Shown piece by piece: positions 12,546 to 26,740 of a stretch of 64,000 nucleotides of DNA. Position 1 is the first letter of the stretch. Every line of letters starts with the position of its first letter. The stretch comes from Tubulanus polymorphus. Its lineage: Eukaryota > Animalia > Nemertea. The translations under genes were made by a program, and so were the position numbers. The stretch lies in NCBI RefSeq assembly GCF_964204645.1, contig NC_134033.1, positions 1,322,131 through 1,386,130 on the forward strand, read 5' to 3'. The notes under the pieces were generated by a model. That model searched no databases. It was not told where the DNA came from and saw only the letters and a program-made list of their open reading frames with translations.

Positions 12546-13284
12546 CCACGAACTACAAGGCAACACAATATTGTTGATAGAAATAGAAATGCCTTTGATT
12601 GCGAAATTCTTTTATTTACTTGTGAGAGAGGAGATGGGCGAAGGGTAAGGAGTGGGTATGGGAATGGAGCGGGTATCAGAATGGAGGAATGGAAGTAGTA
12701 GGTATCAGAATGGAGGGAAAGATTGGGTATGAGAACAGTAGAAAGACTGATAGGTTCATCGTGCCATTGTCTCGTGTATAATGCCTTCATCGATATATAT
12801 CGATGAATCTCTTAGCAGACGACAGCAGCAGCAACAACAGCAGACGGATCATACATACTTAACTGTCATATTCCCCTCCTCCCAAATTACCCCCGAAAAT
12901 ACAATAGAAACTAATACCCACTACAAAACACACTGACCCACGATATGTATCTATAATTTATATTTGTATATCATACACGGACTCGCGCACGCGGATATAT
13001 GCTTACATACATTAGACCTCGATAGATCACTAATGCATCATCTCAACTCGGGCTGATCGCTAATGGACTTGATTTTATTGCCGAATTGCCGAGTTGCTGG
13101 CTACTTGAGTCGTTACAGTTTCGTCGTTAATGTCACTCTCACTCGTACTCGGCTGTAGCCGGTGCCCGCAGCCGCGCGCGTATTACACAAAAAGTCGTCG
13201 TTTCAGCCATTTTTCAACATCCGGAATATATTATTGTCGCTACTTTATATTGAAAGTTTGAACTCAGCAAGTGACAACAATCCA

Positions 13285-13760
13285 TAGAGAGAGAAAGAGG
13301 GGAGAGAGAGCGGAAGAGGGAGCGAGAGAGGGGGAGGAGGGAGAGAGAGGGAGAGGGAGCGAGAGGGGGAGAGAGAGGGGAGGAGGGAGAGAGAGGGAGA
13401 GGGAGCGAGAGAGGGAGAGAGAGGGGGAGGAGGGAGGGAGAGAGAGGAAGCGAGAGAGGGAGAGGGAGAGGAAGAGGGAGAGGGAGAGGGAGAGGAAGAG
13501 GGAGAGGGAGAGGAAGAGGGAGAGGGAGAGGGAGAGGAAGAGGGAGAGGGAGAGGGAGAGGAAGAGGGAGAGGGAGAGGGAGAGGGAGAGGGAGAGGGAG
13601 AGGGAGAGGGAGAGGGAGAGGGAGAGGGAGAGGGAGAGGGAGAGGGAGAGGGAGAGGGAGAGGGAGAGGGAGAGGGAGAGGGAGAGGGAGAGGGAGAGGG
13701 AGATGGAGAGGGAGAGGGAGAGGGAGAGGGAGAGGGAGAGGGAGAGGAAGGGATAGGGAC
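13285..13760. repeat. (GGGAGA)n polypurine microsatellite
   Basis: Direct inspection. Similar purine/pyrimidine tracts at 9440-9542, 15660-16010, 19735-20160, 22120-22328 and 34880-34963. Confidence 0.95.
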
Positions 13761-16700
13761 AGGGAACTACAAACACCAGACATTAGACATTTTATCAGCG
13801 CACTTTCTCAAAAACTGATCGTCCACACATCAGACTAGGTGTGAGGATGATGTCAGTTCCAGCGCAGAAACAATATTGATGATGTATATTATACCGAGGT
13901 ACACGATACATTGAGAGCTGATAATTCATTCATGGCACTGTCGTGTTTGAAAACCACTGAAGTCATTATCTCTGTCAGATGGACCTACTTATCAATGTCG
14001 GTAGTGTTTCTCAGCCCGACGACCGGGCCCCCTGAAGGTCACCCGCGTCGCTACTCAACTTTAATCCATCTTACCATAAAATAACCATTACGTCCCGGTC
14101 GGCAATTAATTGCACCTTTATCGGTCGTGTCGTCGGATTAATTGCTAACGGGAAGTAAAGCTATTTCACGGCCTCGGATGAATTATTCCTCATCCGCCGT
14201 GAAGATGATAGCTACATCCGTCTCGTCTGTCTGTCTGTAGTTATGTTGTTAGCAGACGGAAGTTCGTGACTCCACAAGTTTACGGTTAGATAGCGTCACA
14301 AGGTCATTTTCTTCAAATCTACTCATTTAGGGTAGGAAACCTTGTTTCTCATCTCTGCTGAGCTTAAGTTGCCTACGTGTCTACCATGTACATAACTGTT
14401 TATGAAATACTGATCAATCAAACCACAATTATCAGACCCGGCAGTTATAGAAATGGCCTGATTACAAATTTTATTGCGGTTTCGAAAATGACGCCCGGCC
14501 GATTAGAAGAAACAAGGAATCATTTTATTTCAAGACTAGTGCAGAATTGTCGGTCCAAAATCAATCATAGCGAGAAAGAATCGGTCATTTTGTTGATTTT
14601 AGGGTCTAATCTCTTGAGTCAATGTAATCCCAGTGACTGGACACTCAATGACTATCGAAAGGCACTTTCGTTCAGAGGCGTCTGTTCAAATGAATCAGTC
14701 AAGGTTGAAGCATAAGTGTCTAAAAGTCGTCACTGTTTGGTCACAGTATCGATGTTATGACTCTTCACACCGCGGAGTTCCGATTCAATTGCGTTTAAAC
14801 GATATCATCGGTTAAAAATAAATTAGATTATAGCCACGCGAAGAAGCCGCCATGTTTTGGTCTTCACTTATATATTTGGGATGGCTCCAAAAATATCCAA
14901 GTCACCGCCGACCGTTCTCCCGATGGACTCGGGTCTCGGAACTGCAGTCAATTTACGGGGTGAATTTCGCCTATTTTATCTACGATATCAAATCGTAGTT
15001 TCCGGCAATTTTACGAGATCAGAGCCACCGTAAATCGGCCATTATGACGACGGATGGACGCGATAGATCAACCGCAGTCGCTACAACGAATTAAGCACTA
15101 CACGAACCAGAACGCGGGTCTGAATATTTCACGTGTCACCGCAATCGGGGGGCCGTCTCAACAACGCTCATCTATTACCGTCGCTATCAGGGGCCATCTC
15201 AACACTCATATCAATTACCGCGACATCGAGCGCGTAAAATAGACAAGCTCGACACTGATTTTGATCAATGTGAATTTCAATTAGAATTTCAATTAGTAAC
15301 AAACTGAATGCGACGTCTGTAGAGAAGTGCTCTGAATGTCGAGAGTGCTTGTGAAGCGTGTGAACCGACCTAGCGACTGTTTATATTCAATTGCGGTGAC
15401 AAGCGTTTTAGATGAATGACGCTTCCGACATCGAGGAGAGACACTTCCGGGTTCAACAACAAATCACGCACTCAGTTCTCTCCTTGTGTGACCGATACCG
15501 ACTTATTCTTATAGGTACAAATACATCTGTCATTTAACTTGAGAAGATTTGGATTTCCACCTTCTGAGTTCTTTTATTTACTAACTTTACATTCTTGATT
15601 ATAGATTTTGGGGGCTTTGCGACTGTCACTGTTAGATCTGTTCTATTTGGAGATGGCGATCTCCCTCCCTCTCTGTCTCCCTCTCTCTCCCTCTCTTTCT
15701 CCTCTCCTCCTCTCTCTCCCTCTTCCCCTCTCTCCCTCTCTCTCCCTCTCTCCCTCTCTCTCCCCTCTCCCCTCTTCCTCTCTCTCTTTCTCTTCTCTTT
15801 TCTCTCTCTCTCTCATCTCTCCCTCTCTCTCTCCTCTTCCCTCTCTCTCTCCTCTCCTCTTCCCCTCTCCTCTCCTCTCTCCTCTCCCTCTCCTTCCTCT
15901 CTCTTTCTCTCTCTCTTTCTCTCTTCTCTTCTCTTCTTCTTCTCTCTCCTCTCTCTTTCTCTCATTATCTCTCCTCTCCGAGCTCTCTCTCTCTTTCTCT
16001 CTCTCTCGTCTCAATGTCTCTACGTACACACATATATACATGATTCTGTTTTATTGATATATCTCCCTGCACGACACCCGAACACGCCATTTACTGACAA
16101 TAACAAATGACAAACCATTTCTCTTCATTACCGCTGACCCGCGAGGCGCGCGTTTAAGCGTCTGAGGGTGACAGACCCGACTCGAAAATCAAGGCTATTC
16201 GGGGAACGATATTCGAGACATTTATCCTAAAAACATCATGTGTACTTTTTTTTTCCGCATCATTTTTCACTCATAGTTTTTTCTTAGAAATTTAGAAATG
16301 AAAAAAAAAAATCTCACGATTCTTAATGCAATAGTTTTCGCGTCCTCGCCGGAAACAAAATGGCGGCCGTTAATGTTTAATACTGGCGGCGCAATCTCTT
16401 CAATCGCTTCGCGGTTGCTAAGATAATAAAATCTCATTTGTCTCGATGTGAACTGATTGAATCTGAGCGCGATTGCTGCAGAGACGTAGCAAGCGAGCAG
16501 GCGGCGGCAGGCGGGGAGGCAGGTAGCGAGCGAGCAGGCGGTGGCAGGCGGGGAGAGGTTGTGAGCGAGCAGGCGGCAGTCCTCTGCCTGTACCTCCCTC
16601 TGCCTCCCTCTCCTCCACCTCCATCTCCCTCTACCCCCCCCCCCCCCCTTGCCTCTCCGTCTCCGCCCCGTCTCCCTTTGCCCCAGGCCCTGCCTCTCCC

Positions 16701-17577
16701 TCGCCGTCCAAAGGGGATCGATTCTTGGTTGTTATAGAAGTGCTTAATTAGATACATCCAGAAAAGCAGTAGGCAAATAGGGATATATAAATATGTGTTT
16801 ACAAATATACAGCTCATCTTTAGTGGGTTGGTTATGTCGACGGCACTCGAGTCGTCATCGTTAACACTAGTTAGAAATGGAAAACCTCGACTCGATCGTC
16901 GCGCGCATAGTCGACGAGTTGACAGTCTGTCAATATTGTCCCAAACAACAACGCCTCTGATATCCTGAAGATCGATAATAATCTTATCGGCTTCGGATTA
17001 ATTATGTTTGGTGATATATGTATCTTTTCTGCCATCTCGACGAGCGGCACGTCGCCATTTTGTAATTACATCGCTTTTGATGTTCGTAGAAAGCTTCTGC
17101 GGTAATTGAGGATTCCACTTGTGACAAGTGAGGATCCACCAGGTGTCGCTAGTATGCAATAGGGCAGCAATAGAGGATCCCACTTGTTGAAATGAAGTTC
17201 CACCAGGTGTCACTTGCTAATATAAACTATCGCAGTATTAGATGATTCCACTCGTGGCAAGTGAGGATCCACCAGGTGTCGCTTGTATGCAAAAGGGCAT
17301 CAACTACTGCGGCAATAGAAGATCCTACATTTAGCAATTGAGGATCCACTAGGTGTCGCTGGTGTGCAGTAGGGCATAAACAGTAGTGCATCACAGCATT
17401 AAATGATTCCACTCGTGGTAAGTGAAGATCCACCAGATGTCACTAGTGTACAGGCGTGTGGTGGAGTTTAACTAACCACCTCACACAGACAGACGGACGG
17501 ACAGTTTGTCGTGTCGTACACGGATAATAGTAACACCCGTTAAATTACCTATTTATCACCAGCTAGTCAAGTACGTT

Positions 17578-17609
<32 letters not shown>

Positions 17610-20600
17610 GCAGCAGCTACTTACCGCCACAAGCAGCTGCCAGCTACCTCAATATTCACTACAGTGCGTATATCTATATCTAGTTGACTAAAATCCAGTT
17701 CCGCAGTTTTGTTGGTTTAGTGCTTGCAACACGGTTTGTTGTTTGGGGATTTGAGAGTGAATTTGGTTATGCATCTAACCAGAATATTTTTGTCTGTAGA
17801 TGCAGTTCCGCTGTGTTATTTTATCTTGACAGTCGATTCTGTAATTGAGCACCATTTACCTTTTTATCTCCATCTCTGTTTCTATGTGTTTATAATAAGA
17901 CTCTGAAGACGAAGGAGGTCATCTTTACGGAATCTTCCACGCGATTTAACCCGATATCACTGCGGATAAAAAAGAACAGATACAAACCATCAACTCATCC
18001 ATCATTCAGTGTTTTGTATCTCTCTGACCGTGGATAGGGATGGAGCGAGGAGAGAGAGGGGAGAAAGAGAGAAGGGGGTTAATAGAACTGGTGCAGCACG
18101 GATTTCATGTCAGCTTGCTAGAGGGAGGGTTGCATTCCCCCCCCCCCCTAATAGGGCATATATATCATTATAATCAAAAGTCCTTCCAAAAAGAAAACCT
18201 ATCGGAAAAATAAACTCACTTTTGGAAAGACAGAGAACAAGCGAGGAATTTAAACAATTTTGGGTATCAGTTTAATACATTTTGCTCTTAAATTTCTGGG
18301 CAACTAATTTTAGGGGGGGGGGGGGTGCGTACCCATGCACCATTCTCTTGGATCTGACCCTGGTGCGAGGCCTGTTTGGAATTACGCTATCTATTACCAA
18401 TATCTATCCAACGATTCGGGACTACGCAAACCCATTACCAAGTGAACCAACCAATCAAGATAAAGCTTTCAAATTCACGTTGAACGCTATACTTTTTAGC
18501 CAATCAGTATCGCCGTTACAATCACCTATACGATTACTAGCCAATGAGCATGTATCTTACACAGGAATCCATCCAATAGGACAGTCAATTAGCCAATCAA
18601 CTTCTAGGTCTCACCAAGACACAAATTCGGATTTTTTCGTCATTTTTGTATTCAACTCGGTCTCATTCTACCTCGCTTTATCTTATTAGCCAATGAGCAT
18701 GTATTATGCAAATATACTGATAACCATTCAACCAATTAACAAAAAGCTTATGAACTGACATACTTTCAACTTTCATTCGATCGATCGTTAGATACCCCTC
18801 ATAATAAAACGACGACGAAGCCTTACGCGTTTCTCGAGTATGCGATGAAAAAGCGTCGGTGGATTCGGGTAACTTATACGAACTAATAAACGAAATGGGA
18901 ATCAGAAAAATACCGGATACCGAGTTAGAATTAATTTCAGCGAATTCTGCCGTCGATAAAAGATATTCGTATTTAATCTACCGGGCTTTATATAAAGCGA
19001 GTGGGGAGCGGGGAGTGAGGGAGTGAGGGGGGAAGGCGGGAGGGTTGAATAGCGCAATTCGGACACATTCTCTTCGCTCGGCTAGATTTGAAAACGTCTT
19101 CTGTCGGTGGTGTGTTTACCCGTGATGAACGCATCAGACTTTCCGCTTGCTTTCGTAAAATAATAAAAACGTGATGGAATTTCATCGTCGCGGTGTGCTC
19201 CGTGAATATGATATAGCTGCTGCGCCTCGATCAAATATTAATGAAATTGGGACGGCTCCGGCGTGCGCCTCTGCTCGAGAATCAGGCGCGCGATCGTGAT
19301 CCGGTGTGAATAATGCAGAAGGTGGAGTTGATTTCGTAGATTGACTGATCTGTTTCATCGTCTGCCGGTATCGTCTGCCAGTATCGTCTGCCAGTATCGT
19401 CTTTTATTATCTTTTCAACGTTTCTATCATTTATTTATGTCCCTTCTCGAACTAAAAGCGACACGTAAATTCGACTCCGTTCAAGTCGAGGATCATTGAC
19501 GGTACAGATTTGTGAGTGATATGATTATCAAATTAAACCGAAACCCGAATAACTTGGTCTGGATCTGTGATGAAAATTCCAAATACAACGGCACTTTTTC
19601 GTAATTTTAGATTATCTTGAATTAAGGTCTTAATCTGAGATTTCAAATATTGACGGCGTTGATTGGATGGAAATTTCACCGCGGTAGATGTATTTGTTGT
19701 TCATTATGTATTCCGTTTGTTCAACTAGAAACATGAGAGAGAGAGGAAGGGATGAGGAGAGTGGAGAGAGGCGAGAGAGGGAAGGGTGACAGAGGGTAGA
19801 TAGAGGAAGGGGAGAGAGGGAAGAGGAGAGAGAGGGGAAAGAGGGGAGAGAGGAGAGAGAGGGGAGAGAGGAGAGAGAGGCAAGAGAGGGAGAGAGAAGA
19901 GAGAGGGGGAGAGAGAGAGGGAGAGGGGGAGAGCAGAGAGAGGGAGAGGGAGAGAGAGGGTAGATAGGGAGAGGAGAGAGAGGGAGATATGATAGTGAGG
20001 GGAGATGAGAGAGGGAGAGAGAGGGAGATGAGAGAGGGAGAGAGAGGGAGAGGGAGCGAGGGGAGATGAGAGAGGCAGTGTGGATCATACACAAAGAGAG
20101 AGAGAGATGAGAGAAAAGAAAGAGAGAAGGGACAAATGAGAGATAGGATAGAGGAAAACGGGACACCAATATAGAGGAGAGAAATGAAATACTGTGGCAG
20201 AGAAACCTATTAAAAACTGACTGCAATTCATCAGTCATTCAGACACAATGTCGTCACGCACGTCTTTACATCCAGACTTCATTATATTCAATAACAAAAA
20301 AAAGACTCATTTATAAGTTTTCCCAGCAAAAAGATCGCATTCTACATTTTAGTCTAGTTTTCCTACTAGAAAATGAGGTAGATCTTTTCAGGCCGCGAAT
20401 CGATATCCTCACTGCGAATCTACTGGCTCCCGGTTCAAGAAATTCCATTGGAAAACAAATTAATTGAAAACTCTGAATTAAGAAATTAATCAGAAATTAA
20501 TCAGAAAAAAATATTCGAAAATTCAAAATATAGAACATTAGAATAATCAATAACAGAATAATAAAGAATTGATTCAAATATTAATTTTAGATTTTTGATC

Positions 20601-21354
20601 GAATGTTATTTCATCCGGTCTTGTGATGGCTATCTAATTTGGGCTAGGTACAAGGATCGAGTCTGGTTTTAGCGTTTTAGCGATAACGTCTACTGATAGT
20701 GAAATCAAATTAGAAACCTTTCTACGCCGTGACACGAAATGGCCGCCGATTCGTTGGAATTTGCGGCCGTTCCGAAGCACTTCGAATCAGTGACAGTCGG
20801 AGCTAATTCGTTTTCTGTAGATGTAGGTTTTTTTTTAATGCGGCGCTTAAAAAGGCGTTTTAGACTTGCTAATGACTTTAAAGAGGTCGCGTGCACTCTT
20901 CAAGCCACGCGATGTCTAGAATCGAAATTCTCTAAACGCACTAAAGATAGAAATGCTTTTAAAACGCAAAATACATGTGATCGAATCTAATAAAATATAT
21001 GACTGTCGATTGATTCTATGATTGAATGAATTTCTATGGAAAGTTTTATTTGTTTTCCCATAAAAGTGTTTCATCGAAAAGTGCACTTAAAAACACATTC
21101 TTCTGATAGACGATGAAATAATTTCTCATCAAAATCGAATTTTCTCCCGAGGTATAAAATCAGGCGTCAGGCATATTTAAACCACGTTTAATAAAGCACT
21201 CATAACCGCTTCTGATTCAAATACGCCAAAAGTTACTTACTGGGAGCTTTGTTCGTCTATTGTAATATACCACGTGGTTTGTGTTTCTGTTTGTGGTGTT
21301 TTAGTTCCAGTTTTGCTGCCTAGGGGGTGTGGCTGAACCGGTTAGAATTTCGCT

Positions 21355-21563
21355 ATATCCCGAAGAGAGTTGGGGCGAGTACGCATCCTTGCTTGACTCC
21401 GCTTTACCCCGCATTCAGTTTTCCCTCGGATTCGACAGCGTTCATCCTGCCTACGTTACGTTACGCTGTCCCTTAAAACTTCTCGAGGCATTTTGAATGA
21501 GCGGTAAGGTCTTGAAAAGGCAATCTCTGCTAACCAAGTCAAACGCTTTGGTCAAATGTATGT
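21355..21563 (-). mobile_element. Decayed non-LTR retrotransposon (RTE-like) reverse-transcriptase fragment
   Basis: The minus strand encodes IHLTKAFDLVSR and, after stops and a frameshift, SGVKQGCVLAPTLFGI. These are the RT motifs 'DxxKAFD' and 'GVxQG'. Confidence 0.8.
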
Positions 21564-22920
21564 AATTTGCGGAGGCGTTTTGGTTCCCGTTTTGCTGCCT
21601 AGAGGGAGCAGCTGTCGCTACCTATTCGATCGATAAAATCGTTTAACTACACGAACAGTAGAATTTAGCGACAATCTAGAATACAATGTAATATCGTCGA
21701 TATTGCCGTAATTCGATAACGTCAAATGTATATTTGTGATAGAAAGAGAAATATATGTGTTCAGAAAATTCTTTCGAAATTTCGTGAATATCGAAAATCG
21801 ATTCGTTTTTAAGAGTTCTAGTTTCAACAGTCGATAGTTTGTGATAAAAGAACTATTTAGGTTTTGAAGGTTGCAGTCGTATCAGCTGCAGGGCTGCGGG
21901 GCTTTTTACCGTATTCATTCAAGTGCTCGTATCATCTTGAAATTGTACACCTACCTTTGATGTTTATCATTTCATACATGCTTCACGGGTTTCTTCTTTG
22001 GACTCTCCCCCTCTCCCCTCTCCCCTCACACTCCCCCTCACCCTCACCACTCTCACAAAACTTGCCGTATATATATATATATATTTTCTTCTCTCCGTCC
22101 CATCTCGGCCTCCCCTGATCCCTTCCTCTCTCTCTTTCCTCTTTCCATCGTCTCCTTCCTCTCTCCCCTCTGGCTCTTCTCACTCCCTCTTTCCCTCTCT
22201 CTCACCCCCTCTCTCTCTCTCTCTCTCTCTCTCTTCCCCACTCTCTCTCTCTCTTTCTCCCCCACTCTCTCTCTCTCTCCCCCACTCTCTCCCCCTCTCA
22301 CCCCCTCTCTCGCCCTCACTCTCTCTCTTGATGGAGATGTCAATAGATTGCTGAATGTCAAAATGGTGAGTAGAAAGTGAACAATTCGACAGATCTCCCC
22401 AGTTTTGCTCGAGGCTGTCTTTTTTCTAGCAGGGCGGGATTTTGAGTCTCACAAAGTAACTGTAGAATAGTCTTCAGGCATTCTGTGAACTCTAGCAAAC
22501 TTGACTAGAATTTAAATTCCTTCATTCTAAATATAAAAAGTGAGATGACTTTGCTGTATGCAGTTGCTTAGTTGTGTGAGTTTAATTTGACTCTGAACCA
22601 AGTTCCACAGTTGTGTGGGTTTAATTTGACTCTCAACCCAGTTAGCGTAACAGTGTGTTATATTGGTTCAGGCGTGCGGACTACCCGGCGAGGTATCGTT
22701 GTTGTTTAATGGTGAAAGTCAGGCAGTAAAACCGGTGTGAATTTATACAGATCAATATAAATCAAAGTAATCGTCGCGTGTTGCAGTTTAATACCTGTCT
22801 GGTATTCTGATTTGCAGCGACAGTGCGGGCTATGAAAACATACAGTGCTGCACTGATAAGAGTGTCGTGACGTGACGTGATGGTGAAAATTCAAACTTTG
22901 ACTTCATTTCAAAACTATAG

Positions 22921-23157
22921 CAGGGTCCGATCTAAGGAATGAAAGCCACTCACCCCGGGGAAAAGCATATCTGAAATTTCACTTGCCCTCACAGGCATTC
23001 CAACTGGCGGTACAATAATCCGTTGTATCGAGTTGGATAAAAGCTTCGAGACATAAAATTGCACTAGCCCGGGAGACAAGTGATAATGATAACCTACTTG
23101 CCCTGATGGGAATATACTTGTCCCGGGCAATCGGACAAGTGCTTACATCGGACCCTG
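22921..23157. mobile_element. TIR element with CAGGG termini (hAT-like MITE), no TSD recognisable
   Basis: CAGGGTCCGATCTAAG...CTTACATCGGACCCTG inverted termini with 1 mismatch. Confidence 0.6.
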
Positions 23158-23841
23158 CTAATGTAGCTATCGATCTATCAGCTTGGATCCTGCATCCCTC
23201 AGCTTGGATCCTGCATCCCTCAGCCTGGATCCTGCATCCCTCAGCCTGGATCCCACACTTTCAAACACTGGTCGTCCACAAAGCTGGTGGACTGTGCTGG
23301 AGGGATTGGTCTATTTAGACCTTTATTCTGCAAGATGGCCACGGCGCTGATAGTAATTGGTTTAACCTCCACTGACTCAAGATTTATGCCGTCATTCTAA
23401 TGAAAGTCGATCGTAAAACTGCCAAACCCTGTGAATCATCAGTCCCTGTTTCCCCGTAAACTAACTCACTACCAGCTACGACACTCTCTCAATTGCTGCC
23501 TTTGATTTCTTTCTCGTCCACCAAACGGCTTATCTCGTTTTGCTATTACCCGCGCGGCGTGGTCACTGCTTAATTTACACGGACGTATTCTACAGTCGAA
23601 AGCTACTGAAAGCTAAGTGAGGCATTCAGCATGCGGTAAGCCTCGTAACGGGTTCATTGACCTTGTGAGCTAACCAACGAACATCGATGTCAATACTTGT
23701 GATAATCAGGTACTGGGCACGCACCAATATGTGCCGTGACCAAAACTTATCACACAAGATACAAGAAATGGATTTTGATTGATAATTTTTTTTCTGGAAA
23801 GATGAAGTCCGAAATGCTACGGTAAAGCTTATGATTTATTG

Positions 23842-23883
23842 ATTCGACGTTTCGACTATGTTCGAATAGTCATCTTCAGGAAT
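23842..23883 (-). ncRNA. Minimal hammerhead ribozyme with canonical GUC site, inside a ~170-bp inverted repeat
   Basis: Minus strand reads AUUC-CUGAAGA-U-GACUAU-ucgaac-AUAGUC-GAAA-C-GUC-GAAU. Same family as the 54-kb array. Confidence 0.8.
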
Positions 23884-26740
23884 GAAGATGAAGATGACTA
23901 TTAGGTTACAGTCGAAACGTCGAATCGATAAATCAGAGGCTTAAAGAAAACTTTTCGGACTTCATTTTTCTTTCTCGTCTGGTTACTATTGGATTCTCGA
24001 TATTTCATCACATCACGGACACCAATGGTTATGATTATAATTACTTCTGGTCACCTTCGGAATCTAGCCAATGAGCTTCTACCAATAGGATTGCAGAACA
24101 TATGGATATTAGTGTGTTGACCTTCAAATTTAGCCAATGAGCATTTCTACGATTTTCCAAACGAACCAATAGCGTTGCAAAGCCTTGTCATCGTCTGAAT
24201 TCATTTGAACTGACGTAATTTTGACCTACAAACACATTCTGTAAAAGTGCACACAAAAAAATCGTTACGAGTTTCGATAATTGTCACTTCTTAAAATAAA
24301 CCACATATCAAAAGGTGGTGTTTACGTGAACGGCAACATTACAGGGGCGTCGATAAAATATCGAACATCTTTATATCGATAAACCGTCGATATATTACGC
24401 CCTGATGCTCGAGTAATTCATTATCGATACCAACCGTTCGCTACTCGAGGTCGCAGTACCTAAAATAAACCGTTTGAATTATATTTTTAAAACGACCGTT
24501 CGGTTTTATATGATGTGTTTTATATTTATCTTCGTCAACCATTACACGCGTAACGAACAACTAATACTTCTTAGATAATTACTGACGGTAAAGATTTATG
24601 GTTCAGGGCCATTCGTAAATTCGTATGTATATTTCTGCACATCCGTTGGGAAGAGAGGGAGAGGAGAGATTGGGAGATGAGAGAAAGAAGAGAAAAGATA
24701 GGGAGAGAAGGGAGGGAGAGAGCTGAGAGGGACTTTGTGAAAAACATGACTGCTTCGGGGAAATAGAGACGTCGTCAATAATCAATCATTGTTTGCGTTG
24801 TTCTATTTCGCGTGACAACCGTTTTTGAAAACAACGTTTTTAATTATTATTTCCTTTTGAAAATCACAATCGATTTACAATGCAGAATGATAACAACAAA
24901 ATAGTCAAATCGATATTGAACCAATCATTCATCCTAATTGCGTTTGACAACGACATTGAATCTATCATTTTAATTTACAAAGAGCTGATCCAAGGGAAAT
25001 TCTTTTGTTTTAAAAATGCAGTTATCTTCGTTAAAGCCTCGTGGCACTGAGTCAGTCCTAAAGCTCGTTGTGGGTTGATTTCCAGAGTTCCCAGTGTGTT
25101 GTGATTTCATTCCAGAGATAACTTAACCTTAATCAAGATTCAAATATCTAACTGATTCGCTGTCGAACCGGGTCTAAGGTCCTATGCTCCCAAAACCGGT
25201 CCAACTTTTTCATAATATTCACTAAACAAGGATCGCCTGAACAGCCCTAGGCTCTGTTAGGGCCATGCAGAAAACCGTGTTAGCTGCTTTGCGGCGATAT
25301 TTATCATTAACTATTTTTTACTCTGTCATACAATCTGGGCCGCTGTGGATCACAATGCCAGGTTTGATGCCCCTATAAGATGTCCGAAAACAATGCGCGA
25401 GCATGGCGAGTCTCTGCTCGCAGTTCACGTCATCGCCATCGGCAACCTTACAACAATTCGACGTTTCATTTTTCATCCACTCCCCGGATGACGTCTGCGC
25501 CGGTAGTAAAACTGAGCTAATCAACGTTAATTATCGCTAATTAGCGAGTCTGATTACGCGCAGTGCGTAAAACACGTAATTAACGTGGAAATCGTGTCCG
25601 CTTTTTAGTCCAAACCGCGCCAAGCCGAGTCAAGGTCATATTCTCCTACCGGAAAAACGTAATCACGTGCGAAACACAAGCGATTTTGAAGCGATTGCTG
25701 GAATTCCTGGAATGTTGTTTTTCTTTCGCAATGTATTTATGCACGCACTATACGGTTACAGTGTTATAATGTCTTCTTGTTTCTAAGAAGTGTCGTGCAT
25801 TCACCTCGAGCACGGTCGGCTCTCGTCAGCTGGGTTCGAATCCCACATGTTTCGATTTTCGAGTTTTTCAGTCTCAATTCGAGTCAAAACCAGCTTCTAA
25901 ACAAGTTTTTAAACAATCTCCCATCCATAACCACCTCATTGGGTATCTCCTGTGTTTAACTATAACCACTCCATTCAGACGATCTGCAGCTTGAAGCCTC
26001 TCGTATATAGAATATCATCGTGTTTTTAACCACACTCCCTCGGACAATCTGTAAACCAGCGTAAAATCTGCCTCTGCCTCTGGCTGTGCCTCGGCCTCTG
26101 CCTCTGCCTCTGTTTCTGCCCTTGCCTCTGCCTCTGTCTCTACCTCTGTCTCTGTCTCTCTCCATCTCCCCCTCTCCCCCTCTCCCTCTCCCTCCCCCTC
26201 TCTCTCTCTTTCTGGGGTATGAATTGATTAATCTATAAGTTACAAGGTCACGACCACGCAATCTCGAATCGACCACAGCGACCTTGTTAGTATTGAGCAG
26301 GTAACTGCACCGACTTAATCTCATTGTACTTAATGACTTAGACGAGAGAACATAAAACTACCGTGTGTTTATTAGCAGAGTCAATGGGTGTCAGATTTAC
26401 TGTTAAATCTCATTGCGGATAATAGTCATCAATGACGAACTGCCTTGTTAAAAGTTATTGGGTTTAATTCTTTCACAAATCTTTCAGACAACGCCCCGTC
26501 TAAAAAAAACCACCACCTACAGTTGCGACCAGAACAAGCGGAAAGATTTGTGAAAGTATTAAACCCAATAACTTTTAACAGGGCAGTTCGTTATCAAACC
26601 CAAATCTTTCCGCTTGTTGTTCTGGTCGCATGTGTTTTTTAGACGGGGCGTTGTCTGATACCTGAACTTATCCCGATGGGTTCTTGGTGAACCTCCGTCC
26701 TGCTAGGTTGGGAAACCACAGAGAGTAGAACAGAGCACTA

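Noticed and set aside
16962-17000. CTGAAGA followed by a hairpin as another hammerhead
   Set aside because: It lacks the GAAA and NUH elements after the stem.
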